A stretch of 64,000 bases of DNA, taken from an uncultured Actinomycetota bacterium (GTDB lineage Bacteria; Actinomycetota; UBA4738). The stretch lies in assembly GCA_963770955.1 (NCBI GenBank), contig CAVYRK010000011.1, positions 906,745-970,744 of the forward strand. The letters run 5' to 3'. A program made the position numbers and the translations under genes. Under the pieces are notes generated by a model that was not told the origin of the DNA, ran no database searches, and worked only from the letters and a program-made list of their open reading frames with translations. Below are positions 9,405 to 19,030 of this stretch, in pieces (position 1 is the first letter of the stretch; every line of letters begins with the position of its first letter).

Positions 9405-9881
9405 TCAGGCGAAGTCCTCGGGCTGCACGTTCTCAAGGAACTCGCGGAAGCGCTCCACTTCCTGCTCGTCCTCGTCCCCCTCGGGGACGTCGATCGCGGC
9501 CTCGGCGAGCACCTCGTCGTTGGCGAAGATCGGGACGCTCGCGCGGACGGCCAGCGCGATGGCGTCGCTCGGACGCGAGGAGACCTCGAAGCTCGAGCCG
9601 TTCCGGGACATCTGGATGACGGCGTAGTAAATGCCTTCGCGAAGCTCGGTGATCACGATGCGATCGACCTGGACGCCGGTCTCGTCCAGCAGGCTCTTCA
9701 TGAGGTCGTGGGTCAGCGGCCGGGGCGTCGGCACGCCCTGCTGGGCGAGCGCGATCGCCTGCGCCTCGTTCTGGCCGATCCAGATCGGGAGGTAGCGACG
9801 CCCCTCGCGCTCCCGGAGCAGCACGATCGGGCTGTTGGTGGGCAGTTCCAGCCGGACGCCTTCCAGGTTCAGCTCGATCAT
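9405..9881 (-). CDS. Bifunctional nuclease family protein (DUF151, Rv1829-like)
   Basis: MIELNLEGVRLELPTNSPIVLLREREGRRYLPIWIGQNEAQAIALAQQGV.TPRPLTHDL..SRPSDAIALAVR is collinear with the DUF151 family. Confidence 0.85.
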   Translation of the reverse strand: MIELNLEGVRLELPTNSPIVLLREREGRRYLPIWIGQNEAQAIALAQQGVPTPRPLTHDLMKSLLDETGVQVDRIVITELREGIYYAVIQMSRNGSSFEVSSRPSDAIALAVRASVPIFANDEVLAEAAIDVPEGDEDEQEVERFREFLENVQPEDFA

Positions 9882-9950
9882 GACCGAAGCCAGGGTACCG
9901 ACACTCCCCACATGAGGCAACCGGTCCGCCCGGCGGATCGCGCCGCGGGA

Positions 9951-10574
9951 TCAGCCGGCGGCGCCGACCGTCCCGGCGTCGCCCTGCGGAAGGCTCCCCG
10001 CCAGGTACGGGACCAGCGCGTCCGGGTCGTCGCCCTGCGCGCGCTCGCGATCCAGCGCCAAGATGAACGGCAGGTTCCGGTAGCGCTCGCTCACGTCCAG
10101 GCCGTATCCGACCACGAAGACGTCGGGGCAGTCGAACCCGCGATAGCGAATGTCGAGCGGAGGGATCCGTCGCGCGCTCCGATCGAGCAGCGTGCACACC
10201 TCGAGCGACGCCGGCTCGCGGGCCTGAAGCGCCGCGAGCAGGTACGACAGCGTGAGCCCGGTGTCGATGATGTCCTCCACCAGGATGACATCGAGCCCGA
10301 TGACGTCGTCGTCGAGATCCTTCAACACGCGCACCACCCCGGATTCGTCGTCCCCTTCCGCATAGTGCGAGATCGACATGAAGTCGACCCGGACGGGGAG
10401 GTCGATCTGCCGGAACAGATCGGCCAGGAAGACGCTGCCGCCCTTGAGGACCGACACGAGGGTCGGCGTGCGGCCCCGGTAGTCGCTGGTGATCTGCTCG
10501 CCGAGCTCCCGGACGCGGGACTGGATCTCGTCGGTCGTGAACAGCATCCGGGTCCCCTCCATCCCCCGCATCAT
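9951..10574 (-). CDS. hpt: Hypoxanthine phosphoribosyltransferase
   Basis: Contains SVLKGGSVFLADL and the PRPP loop VILVEDIIDTGLTLSYL. ATG at 10574 overlaps the restored dac stop as ATGA. Confidence 0.9.
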   Translation of the reverse strand: MMRGMEGTRMLFTTDEIQSRVRELGEQITSDYRGRTPTLVSVLKGGSVFLADLFRQIDLPVRVDFMSISHYAEGDDESGVVRVLKDLDDDVIGLDVILVEDIIDTGLTLSYLLAALQAREPASLEVCTLLDRSARRIPPLDIRYRGFDCPDVFVVGYGLDVSERYRNLPFILALDRERAQGDDPDALVPYLAGSLPQGDAGTVGAAG

Positions 10575-11885
10575 AGGAGCGACCCCCACGCCGACCGCAG
10601 GGCGGCGTGCAGCAGGCGCAGCGCGCTGTCGAACGCCGGCGCCAACTGGGCCGGGGGCGGCGCCTGCGCGACGGTCCCCGGGCTCGCCGGTGGCGCGTCC
10701 ACGGACTCGTCGGCCATCACGGGAACCGCGCCGAGCCGAAGCGCGCCCGTCCGGAACAGCCAGCGAGCCCACGCGCTGACCTTGGTGGACCGGCAGCGCC
10801 ACGCCCGGCGCCGGCACGAACGTCGACCGGACGTCGTCGAGGCGATCCCGGCGCACCAGCGCCGTCAGCGGATCGGTGGCCGACACCAGGACCGGCTCGC
10901 CCTGCAACAGCACGATGCCCTCGGTTTCCCCCGGCACGGCGAGGTCGCTCTCCTGGAACTCCGCGAACCCGTAGTTGAGCAGTGCGGCCGCGTTCGAGAA
11001 GGACGCGCCCTGTGACGGCTCACCGAGGACGACCGCGACCAGGTGCCGGCCGCCGCGCGCGGCGCTCGCCACCAGGCACCACCCCGCGCCCTCCGTGAAC
11101 CCCGTCTTCACACCCGTCGCTCCGCGGTAGAGCCACAGCAGCACGTTGCGGTTCTGGAGGTGCCGGCCGGGCTGCTCTTTCCCGTTCTTGGGAGGCGGCC
11201 CGGGGAGGTCCACGAACTTCGTCGCCACGATGCGCCGGAATCCCGGCTTGGCCATGGCGGCCCGGGCGAGCGTCGCGAGATCCCGCGGCGTCGAGTACCC
11301 GTGGTCGTTCAGGCCGTTGGGGCTCGCGAAATGCGTGTGCCGCATGCCGAGCGCCGCCGCCCGCCGGTTCATCATCGCGACGAACGCCGGCTCGCTGCCG
11401 GCCACGTGCTCGGCCAGAGCCACGGCGGCGTCGTTGGCAGACGACAACAGCAGACCCTCCAGGAGCGCGTGCACCGTGACGCGCTCGTCCTCCACCAGCC
11501 CCATGTCCGACGGGGGCGTGAAGGCGGCGGTGCGGCTGACGGTGACCAGGTCGCCCGGATGCGTCTTCCCGAGGACGACCAATGCGGTCATCATCTTCGT
11601 GAGGCTCGCGATCGGCTGCCGCCTGGTCGCTTCCTTCCCGTACAGGATCTGCCCCGTCGCTTGGTCGACCAGGACCGCCTTGCGCGCCGCGATCGCCGGC
11701 GGCCGGGGCACGACGGGATGCGGCGTCTGCAGGACGGTCGGGAACGGCGACGGCGATGCCTCCTTGCCGACCGGCGTCGGCGGCGGGGTGGAGGTGGCCG
11801 CGGCCGCGGACGCGAGCGCTCCAGCGACGAGCGTGGCGGCGGTGACGACGGCAGCGGCCGTGGGCAGGCCGGCACGCCGACGCAT
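10571..11885 (-). pseudogene. D-alanyl-D-alanine carboxypeptidase (peptidase S11), one frameshift near the 3' end
   Basis: Has a signal peptide, the SxxK motif (IASLTKMMT), SSAND and KTGFT. As assembled it reads through into hpt as a 751-aa track ORF. Skipping one G near 10760 gives GSL-LFRTGALRLGAVPVMADE.. and a stop at 10571-10573. Confidence 0.85.
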
Positions 11886-11908
11886 CCGCACCCGAATCGA
11901 CCCGGCTG

Positions 11909-12607
11909 CTACTGGGACTGGAGGTACGGGCGCAGGTTCGTCCGCAGCAGGGCCTGCTTGAACTTGCGGGAGATGGCCGACAGCTCGCCGAGGCTCTCCG
12001 TGGCCGACCGCTTGGCGTCCGGGTTCCGCTGCCGAAGGATCGGCATGACGATGCCCTCGAAGAACGACGCTTCTCGCTCCGCGAAGTGGCGGTACATGGT
12101 GAGGTGGCGCGGCTCGATGCCGAACTTGAAGAAGTCCTTCACGATGGAGAGGGTCACGAAGTCGTCGCCGTCGTAGTACTTGTCGCCGTTCATCCCGTGC
12201 GAGCACAGGATACCGAAGCCCTCCAGGTCCTTGATGCGATCGCGCTCCACGCCGGTCGCGGCGGCGAGCTCGTCCATCGACATGTGCAGGCCCGTCGGCG
12301 GGGTGGCGATCTCCTCCACGGCGGAGACGTCCTCCTTCACCATGGTGGCGGCGGCGGCCTCGTCTCCCGCCGGGTCCTGTTCGGCGCGCAGGAGGCGCTC
12401 CTTGATGACCTTCAGCGGGAGGTACTCGTCGCGCTGCAACCGCAGGATCATCCGCAGGCGGTCGACGTCCTCGTCGTAGAACTTGCGGTACCCGGAGGGG
12501 GTGCGCTCGGGATCGATCAGGCCCTCGCCCTCCAGGAAACGGATCTTGGAGATCGTGATGTCGGGGAACTCCGTCTTCAGAGTCACCAGGACCTCACCGA
12601 TCGACAT
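11909..12607 (-). CDS. MerR-family regulator (Rv1828/FtsR-like)
   Basis: MSIGEVLVTLKTEFPDITISKIRFLEGEGLIDPERTPSGYRKFYDEDVDRLRMILRLQRDEYLPLKVIKERL. It sits immediately downstream of the FHA gene, as in mycobacteria and corynebacteria. Confidence 0.85.
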   Translation of the reverse strand: MSIGEVLVTLKTEFPDITISKIRFLEGEGLIDPERTPSGYRKFYDEDVDRLRMILRLQRDEYLPLKVIKERLLRAEQDPAGDEAAAATMVKEDVSAVEEIATPPTGLHMSMDELAAATGVERDRIKDLEGFGILCSHGMNGDKYYDGDDFVTLSIVKDFFKFGIEPRHLTMYRHFAEREASFFEGIVMPILRQRNPDAKRSATESLGELSAISRKFKQALLRTNLRPYLQSQ

Positions 12608-12627
12608 GTAACTGCGCGTCGCCACAT

Positions 12628-13098
12628 TCACCCCCCGATGAAGAAGGTCAGCTTGAACTTCCCGATCTGCAACTCGTCGCCGTCCGCGAGCTCCGCCTCC
12701 TCCACGCGCTGCAGGTTCACGTACGTGCCGTTGAGGCTCCCGAGGTCCTTGACGAAGAAGTGACCGTCGTCACGACGGATCTCCGCGTGTCGTCGCGAGA
12801 CCGTCACGTCGTCCAGGAAGATGTCGCTCTCCGGGTAGCGGCCTGCCCCCGTCACGTCCTTGTCGATCAGGAACTTCGACCCCGCGTTCGGGCCACGCTT
12901 CACCACAACGAGAGCCTGTCCAGGCTCGAGGTCTCCGTAAGGGGCACCCGACTCATCCCCAACCTCATCTTCCTGCTCCACGGGATTGAAGCTCATGGTC
13001 GCGTCTTCCTGTAGCGAAGTTCCACAGTTCGCACAGAAGTGAGCGCCCTCCGGATTGCGATGTCCACAACTGGTGCAGAACACGTTGAGCCTCCCCAT
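12628..13098 (-). CDS. FHA-domain protein (GarA/OdhI-like) with an N-terminal zinc ribbon
   Basis: N-terminus has CTSCGHRNPEGAHFCANCG. The FHA core is RYPESDIFLDDVTVSRRHAEIRRDDGHFFVKDLGSLNGTYVN. ATG at 13098 is preceded by GAGG. Confidence 0.85.
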   Translation of the reverse strand: MGRLNVFCTSCGHRNPEGAHFCANCGTSLQEDATMSFNPVEQEDEVGDESGAPYGDLEPGQALVVVKRGPNAGSKFLIDKDVTGAGRYPESDIFLDDVTVSRRHAEIRRDDGHFFVKDLGSLNGTYVNLQRVEEAELADGDELQIGKFKLTFFIGG

Positions 13099-13142
13099 GA
13101 CCTCGGTCTGCCAGTGAGGTCGAGAGTTGAACGGCAAAGGAG

Positions 13143-13172
13143 ACTCTACCGTCGATCGAGCTGGATGGTCAA
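13143..13172 (-). promoter_or_regulatory. Putative sigma-A promoter of the FHA/MerR operon (TTGACC-18-TAGAGT)
   Basis: On the minus strand, -35 TTGACC lies at 13167-13172 and -10 TAGAGT at 13143-13148, about 45 nt upstream of the start at 13098. Confidence 0.3.
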
Positions 13173-13248
13173 TGGAAGGTGAAGGTTCTCCCGAGCCGTC
13201 AGGTAAGACCAACCGAGAGCTGTCGTCCCAGCTCAGAGTGCGAAATCT

Positions 13249-13646
13249 CTACGACGAGGAGCCTTCCGTCTCCGTCAACTGGCGGTATGCCCCCGGCTCG
13301 AGCAGAGCCTCGACCTCCGCCGCGTCCGCCGGCGAGATGGCCACCATCCAGCCTTCACCGTACGGGTCACGGTTGACCAGCTCCGGATCATCCGCGAGCT
13401 GGGCGTTGCGATCCACGATCGTTCCCGAGACCGGGCGCGTACACGTCCGACACCGACTTCGTCGACTCGACCTCGCCGAACGCCTCCCCCGCCTTCGACC
13501 TGCGTCCCCGTCTCGGGCACGTCCACGTAGACGACGTCACCGAGCGCGTCCTGCGCGAAATCGGTGATCCCGATGATCACCCGGTCTTCGTCCACGCGCA
13601 CCCATTCGTGTTCCTTCGTGTACTTGAGATCCTCCGGGACGTTCAT
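13249..13646 (-). pseudogene. gcvH: Glycine cleavage system H protein, two frameshifts as assembled
   Basis: [45 protein letters not shown]. After skipping one base near 13497 (G-run) it reads [18 protein letters not shown], which contains the lipoyl-Lys. After skipping one base near 13431 it reads [29 protein letters not shown]. Confidence 0.85.
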
Positions 13647-13692
13647 CCCGCGCCGCTCCCCCTCTCCCGTCTCCGTTGTCCAGGCATCGTGC

Positions 13693-16231
13693 TCATTCTC
13701 TCCGCCGCGCGCGCTCGCCGCCAAAGTTGCCCTTTGCCTCCTCCACGATGGCGGCCGTCTCGGCGACGAGCGCCTCAGCGCCCGCCTGGGACCCGGCCTC
13801 CGCCCACACGCGCACCAGCGGCTCCTCCGCGTGGGGGACGACCAGCACCCAGTCGTCTCCTCGGAACAGCTTGACGCCGTCGATCGTCATGATGTCCCCG
13901 CCCAGCTCCTGTGCCCACTCGATCACGTGGCGCATGACCGTCCCCTTCGCCTCCCACGGGGTCGGCACGTCGCGCCGCACGACGTGGGTCTGCGGCAGCT
14001 CGTCCACCACGCTCGTCCAGCGATCGATGCAGGCGCGCGCTCAGCTCGAGCAGCTTCGCGAGGGCGACGACCGCGTCGAACGCGGGCATGAACCGCGGGA
14101 AGATCACCCCGTCCTCGGAGGCCGGCGAACACCACGTCCTCCTCGTCGGCGGCCTGCATCAGGGCGGCCGACGAGGTCCGCGTCCAGACCACCTCACCGC
14201 CGCCGGCCGTGACGATCCCCTCGGCCGCCCGGGACGTGGAGACCGGCAGGGCGATGCGGGCCCCCGGCTCGGCCGCGGAGACGAGACCGACGAACGCCAG
14301 GATCTGCTCCTGTGGGGACAGGACGCGCCCCACCCCGTCCACGAGGCAGAGCTTCTCCCCCACCGCGTCGATGAGCGCGCCCACCTCGGCGCCGCTCGAC
14401 CGAACGAGCCGGGCCAGGTGCGCTGTGTGGGCGTCGAGCTCCTCCCGGGTGAGCACGGCGCGGTCCTCGTCGATCACGCGCGTTGGCCGACAGGACGTCG
14501 CCGCCCAGACGGCCGAGGATCTGGGGCCCGGTCACCGAGGCCGCCCCGTAGCGCGTAGTCGACGACGAGCTTGGGGGCCCTGCGCCCTGATGAGCGCGGC
14601 GTCCACGGAGTCGAGGACAGCCCCGGACGTAGAACTCCCGGCCGCGGGCCGGGAACGAGAGCTCGCCGATGTCGAACTGGAAGGCGCGCCGCAGGTCGTC
14701 CCGGTAGTAGGCCCGCTCGAGCCGGCGCTCGGTCGTCGGGTCGAGGTCGAGGCCGCGCTCGTCGAAGAACTGGATCTCCACCGAGGAGGCGTCCGCGGCC
14801 GAGGAACGCACCGCGAAGCCGCCCAGCGCGCGGGTGGACCGCGCGTAGAAGCGCGCGACGGGGATGGGCACCAGCTCGAGGTCGTTGCAGTCGATCCCGG
14901 ACGAGTTGGCGCCGGCCACCATGGCCCGCTTCACGATGCGGGCCGTCCGCGACGCGTCCCGGCAGGCGGCGATGACCGACCGCTTGGGCAGGAGACCTCC
15001 GTAGGCAACGGCCAGGCGAAGGGCCATCTCGGGAGTGACGTCGACGTTCATGACGCCGGCGACCCCCCGCTCGCCGAAGAGGTTCCGGGCGCCCCCCGAC
15101 TGCCAGACGATCGACTCGGAGACGATCGCACCGGGGTCGACCACCTTGAAGGGGTAGACCTTCACGTGAGGGTTGATGAGCGCCCCCTCGCCCACGTAGC
15201 ACTCGTCGGCGACGACGACGCCTTCCTCGAGCCGCGCACCTGCCTTGACGTCGGAGTTCTTGCCGAGCACGCAGCCCCGAAGGCTCGAGTTCGCCCCAGG
15301 TACGCGCCATCGTGGACGATGCTCCGCTGCAGGGTCGCGCCGGAGTTGACCATGACGCTCCGCCCCAGCACGGTGTGGTCGCAGTATCTGGGCGCCGGCC
15401 TCGACCCTGCTGTTCTCCCCGATGTAGGCCGGACCCACAACGTGAGCATCAGGGCTGAGCTCGGCGCCGGTGCCGAGCCAGACGCCGTCGCTCACCTCGA
15501 AGCCTTCGATCTCGACCTCCACTTGACGGTCGAGCACCTCCCAGTGAGCCTCGAAGGTAGGCCTCGAGGTTGCCGACGTCTGTCCAGTGCCGGTCGGTCA
15601 CGTATCCGAACACCGGCAGGCCCTTGTCCAGCAGCAGCGGGAACAGGTCCTGGGAGAAGTCGAACTCCTGCGCCGGCCGGGATGTGGTCAGGACCTCACG
15701 CTCCACCACGTAGATGCCCGTGTTGATGGTGTCGCTGAAGACCTCTCCCCAGCCGGGCTTCTCCAGGAAGCGTTCGACCCTGCCGTCCTCGTCGGTGATC
15801 ACGATGCCGAAGTCGAGCGGGTTCGTCCACCCGCTTCAGGGTGACGGTCACGGCCGCGCCGTTCTTCTCGTGGAACTGGATCAGCTCGGTCAGGTCGACG
15901 TCGGTGAGCGAGTCGCCGGAGAGCACCAGGAACCGGTCGTCCAGCAGCGCCTCGGCGTTCTTCACGCTGCCGGCCGTGCCCAGCGGCTCCTCCTCGGTCA
16001 CGTAGGAGAGCGACGATGCCCAGGTCGGAGCCGTCGCCGAAGTAGTTGCGGATCGACGCTCGCCAGGAACTGCACCGTGGCCACGACCTCGGTGATGCCG
16101 TGCCGGCGCGCCAGAGCCAGGATGTGCTGCATCATCGGCTTGCCGACGATGGGCAGCATCGGCTTGGGCTGGTTGCTGGTGAGCGGGCGAAGCCTGGTGC
16201 CCTGTCCCCCCGCCATGACCACGGCCTTCAT
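13693..16231 (-). pseudogene. Bifunctional sugar-1-phosphate nucleotidyltransferase / phosphomannomutase-like protein, about 12 indel frameshifts as assembled
   Basis: [31 protein letters not shown] (NTP-transferase), then hexapeptide repeats, then a PGM/PMM-like C-terminal half ([36 protein letters not shown]). The pieces lie in alternating frames with junctions near 16043, 15998, 15815, 15550, 15385, 15290, 14619, 14575, 14551, 14475, 14100 and 14010. Confidence 0.75.
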
Positions 16232-16241
16232 GGCCGGGCCA

Positions 16242-16817
16242 TCATACCGAGCGTGCCGCGAGGGCCCTCCTGGCGTCACGGGCGTACTGCACCGCGGCCG
16301 CGTAATAGAGGACGATCCCCACCGTGTACAGGGTCCAGCCGGCCACCCGGGCGAGGTCCTCCGCCCACAGGCCGAAGTTCGCCCACGCGATCATGGGGAT
16401 GCCGAGCATGAGCGCCATCGTGGCGGCCTTGCCGATCCATCGCACGTCGATCCGTACCCGCGAACGGGTCGCCAGGAACCCGCCGGCGATCAGGACGGCC
16501 AGGTCCCGGAGGATCACGAGGAGCCCGGCCCAGACGGGGACGGCGCCCCGGATCATCAGCGCGATGAGCCCGGCGGCGATGGCCAGCCGGTCGGCGACGG
16601 GGTCCAGGAGCTTCCCCAGGTTGGTCACCTGGTTCGTCCGGCGGGCGATGTAGCCGTCGACCCAGTCGGTCGCCAGGATCAAGCCGAAGAGCAGCAGCCC
16701 GGCCGCCTCGGTGCCGTCGTTCAGGAGCAGCCAGACGAAGACCGGGATGAGCAGGATCCGGATGGCCGACAGGGCGTTGGGGACGGTGACGATGCGGTCG
16801 AGCGGATCGTCGCTCAC
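16242..16817 (-). CDS. pgsA: CDP-alcohol phosphatidyltransferase (PgsA-like)
   Basis: Contains the CDP-OH-P transferase motif [27 protein letters not shown] and multiple TM helices. The GTG start at 16817 overlaps the upstream stop as GTGA. Confidence 0.85.
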   Translation of the reverse strand: MSDDPLDRIVTVPNALSAIRILLIPVFVWLLLNDGTEAAGLLLFGLILATDWVDGYIARRTNQVTNLGKLLDPVADRLAIAAGLIALMIRGAVPVWAGLLVILRDLAVLIAGGFLATRSRVRIDVRWIGKAATMALMLGIPMIAWANFGLWAEDLARVAGWTLYTVGIVLYYAAAVQYARDARRALAARSV

Positions 16818-17065
16818 TCGCTCGGCCCCGGCCGGGTCACGCCGTCGTCCCGCAGAACGGTGCCGGCGATCGTTCGTCCGCACACGCCGCAGAAGACGAG
16901 GTCGACCTCGCGCGTCTCGTCCCCACCTTGCTGAGTCGCCGTCACGGTCCGATACGAGAGCGCCTCCTGCAACGCGGCCCAGCAGTTCGGACAGCGGGGC
17001 TCCTGCGGATCGCTCCGGCCGCGCCACTCCTCCTGCCGGGATGGACCACCGGACTGGGAGCCCAC
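16814..17065 (-). CDS. Small zinc-ribbon protein, or C-terminal zinc-ribbon tail of the upstream Clp_N protein
   Basis: CPNCWAAL..(28 aa)..CGVCGRTI. It overlaps the R/P/G-rich, non-protein-like tail of the Clp_N ORF, so an indel-split single gene is possible. Confidence 0.45.
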   Translation of the reverse strand: MGSQSGGPSRQEEWRGRSDPQEPRCPNCWAALQEALSYRTVTATQQGGDETREVDLVFCGVCGRTIAGTVLRDDGVTRPGPSE

Positions 17066-17547
17066 CCAGGATGCCGCGGGTGGACCACGGCGGCCTCCAG
17101 CGCTTCGCCCGTGTACCCGGCGAGGATCTCGATCACCCTCTGACGGACCACGTCCAGGGTCAGGCCGCGCTTCTGAAGTACTTGCGCCGCAACACCATCG
17201 CCCTCTCGCACGATCCCCAGCAGGATGTGCTCGGTCCCGATGTACTCGTGCCCGAGCCGGAGTGCCTCCAGCAGCGCCAGCTCGAGGATCTTCTTCGCGC
17301 GCGGGGTGAAGGGAACGTGCCCGGACGGCTGCGTCCCGCCGCGTCCGATGATTTCGACGATCTGCTCACGGATCGCGACCAGGGAGACGCCGAGCGACAC
17401 CAGCGCCCGCGCCCCAACACCCTCGCCTTCCCGGCAGATGCCGAGCAGGAGGTGCTCGGTCCCGATGAAGTTGTGGTTGAGCTCCCTCGCCTCTTCCTGC
17501 GCGAGGACGATGACGCGGCGCGCGCGATCGGTGAACCGCTCGAACAT
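16942..17547 (-). CDS. Clp N-terminal (Clp_R repeat) domain protein
   Basis: MFERFTDRARRVIVLAQEEARELNHNFIGTEHLLLGI..FTPRAKKILELALLEALRLGHEYIGTEHILLGIV gives two Clp_N repeats. The last 45 or so codons (to 16942) look out of frame. Confidence 0.75.
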   Translation of the reverse strand: MFERFTDRARRVIVLAQEEARELNHNFIGTEHLLLGICREGEGVGARALVSLGVSLVAIREQIVEIIGRGGTQPSGHVPFTPRAKKILELALLEALRLGHEYIGTEHILLGIVREGDGVAAQVLQKRGLTLDVVRQRVIEILAGYTGEALEAAVVHPRHPGWAPSPVVHPGRRSGAAGAIRRSPAVRTAGPRCRRRSRIGP

Positions 17548-17584
17548 GGAAGGAAGCGTACGCCCACGCGGAGTGCCTCTTGGG

Positions 17585-17658
17585 TCGGGCCGGCGGGATT
17601 TGAACCCACGACCTTCTGACCCCCAGTCAGACGCGCTGCCAAGCTGCGCCACGGCCCG
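17585..17658 (-). tRNA. tRNA-Pro (anticodon GGG)
   Basis: Sense sequence is CGGGCCGTGGCGCAGCTTGGCAGCGCGTCTGACTGGGGGTCAGAAGGTCGTGGGTTCAAATCCCGCCGGCCCGA. It folds as a cloverleaf with a 7-bp acceptor stem, anticodon loop CUGGGGG and T-loop GGTTCAAATCC. Confidence 0.9.
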
Positions 17659-17689
17659 GATGCTGCGCGGCGAGTCTAAGCCATCGGGC

Positions 17690-19030
17690 TCAACGGGCGC
17701 CCCGGCCCCGGCGCTCCTTCTGTGGACGGCCGCGGAAGCGGAGCCGGATGGGCACGCCGGCGAACCCGAAGGCGTCGCGAAGGACGTTCTCCAGGTATCG
17801 CTCGTATGACTGCGGCAGGCGCTCGGCCCCGAACAGGACGAACGTGGGCGGACCGGCGGTGACCTGCGTCCCATAGCGGATCCGACCGGCGTCCCGCGGC
17901 GGCGGGTGGGCGCCGGTGGCCCGCTCCAGCACCCGGTTCACCTCCGCCGTGGACACCCGGCGCCCCCACCGCTCGTGGGCGCTCAGCAGCACTCCCCCGA
18001 GACGTTGCACCCCCGACCCGGTCAGCGCGGAGGTGCGCAGGACCGGGGTCCCGGGAATCGCCCGGACCGACTCGGCCATGCGCTCGAATCGCTCGGCGCG
18101 CTCGCCCGACGGGATCAGGTCCCACTTGTTCAGGACCACCGCGAGCGCCCGCCCCGCGTCTCGAACCCGCCCCGCGATCTTCAGGTCCTCGACCGCGACC
18201 CCCTCGATCGCGTCGATCACCAGGAGGGCCACGTGGGCGGCCTCGATCGCCTGCTCGGCCCGCAGGAGACCGTAGTACTCGATCCCCTTCGTTCGGATCT
18301 GCCTGCGGAAGCCTGCCGTGTCGACGAACCGCACGCGCCGCCCGTCGAGGGTCACCACGGTGTCCACCGCGTCCCGGGTGGTTCCGGGGAGATCGTGCAC
18401 CACAGCTCGATCCTCGCCCACCAGGCGGTTGAACAGGGACGACTTGCCGACGTTGGGCCTCCCAACCAGGGCGAACCGAACCTCATCCTCGACTCGAGCC
18501 TGAGGACCCTCGGGTATCAAGGCCAGGATGCGGTCGAGGAGGTCGCCGCTCCCCCGGCCGTGGAGGGCGGAGACCGGGATCGGCTCGCCCAGCCCGAGGC
18601 GGTAGAAATCGGCGGCCGCGGACTCCTGTCGGTCGCCATCCACCTTGTTCGCCACCACGAGGACGGGCACGCCGGCCCGGAGCAAGCGGCGGGCGATCGC
18701 GGCGTCCTCCTCCTGGACGCCGGTGAGCGCGTCGACCACCAGGAGCACCAGGCTGGCGATCTCCTCCGCCCGCGCGGCCTGCGCGACGACGGAGGCATCG
18801 ACCCCTTTGGCGCGCTGGACGTAGCCGCCGGTGTCGACCAGCCGGAACGTCCGGCCACGCCACGTCGCATCCATCTCCACCCGGTCGCGGGTCACTCCGG
18901 GAGTCTCGTGCGCGATGGCCGCGCGACGGCCGACGAGGCGGTTCGCCAGGGTGGACTTCCCGACGTTCTGGCGGCCGACCAACGCGACGACCGGTGGCGC
19001 CGGCGCGGCACCGGCCTCCTCGCCGGTCAC
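17690..19030 (-). CDS. der: Ribosome-biogenesis GTPase Der (EngA)
   Basis: Two tandem GTPase domains (GRQNVGKST..DTGG; GRPNVGKSS..DTAG..NKWD) plus a KH-like C-terminus. Intact at 446 aa. Confidence 0.92.
   Translation of the reverse strand: MTGEEAGAAPAPPVVALVGRQNVGKSTLANRLVGRRAAIAHETPGVTRDRVEMDATWRGRTFRLVDTGGYVQRAKGVDASVVAQAARAEEIASLVLLVVDALTGVQEEDAAIARRLLRAGVPVLVVANKVDGDRQESAAADFYRLGLGEPIPVSALHGRGSGDLLDRILALIPEGPQARVEDEVRFALVGRPNVGKSSLFNRLVGEDRAVVHDLPGTTRDAVDTVVTLDGRRVRFVDTAGFRRQIRTKGIEYYGLLRAEQAIEAAHVALLVIDAIEGVAVEDLKIAGRVRDAGRALAVVLNKWDLIPSGERAERFERMAESVRAIPGTPVLRTSALTGSGVQRLGGVLLSAHERWGRRVSTAEVNRVLERATGAHPPPRDAGRIRYGTQVTAGPPTFVLFGAERLPQSYERYLENVLRDAFGFAGVPIRLRFRGRPQKERRGRGAR

Noticed and set aside
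9951-12206. 751-aa ORF that looks like a D,D-carboxypeptidase-Hpt fusion protein
   Set aside because: The linker (..PDGRASARRGSRDGRRVRGRATGEP..) is off-frame junk. Skipping one G near 10760 gives a natural carboxypeptidase C-terminus with a stop at 10571 that overlaps the hpt ATG (ATGA). The upstream 107 codons overlap the MerR gene end, so these are two genes and not a fusion.
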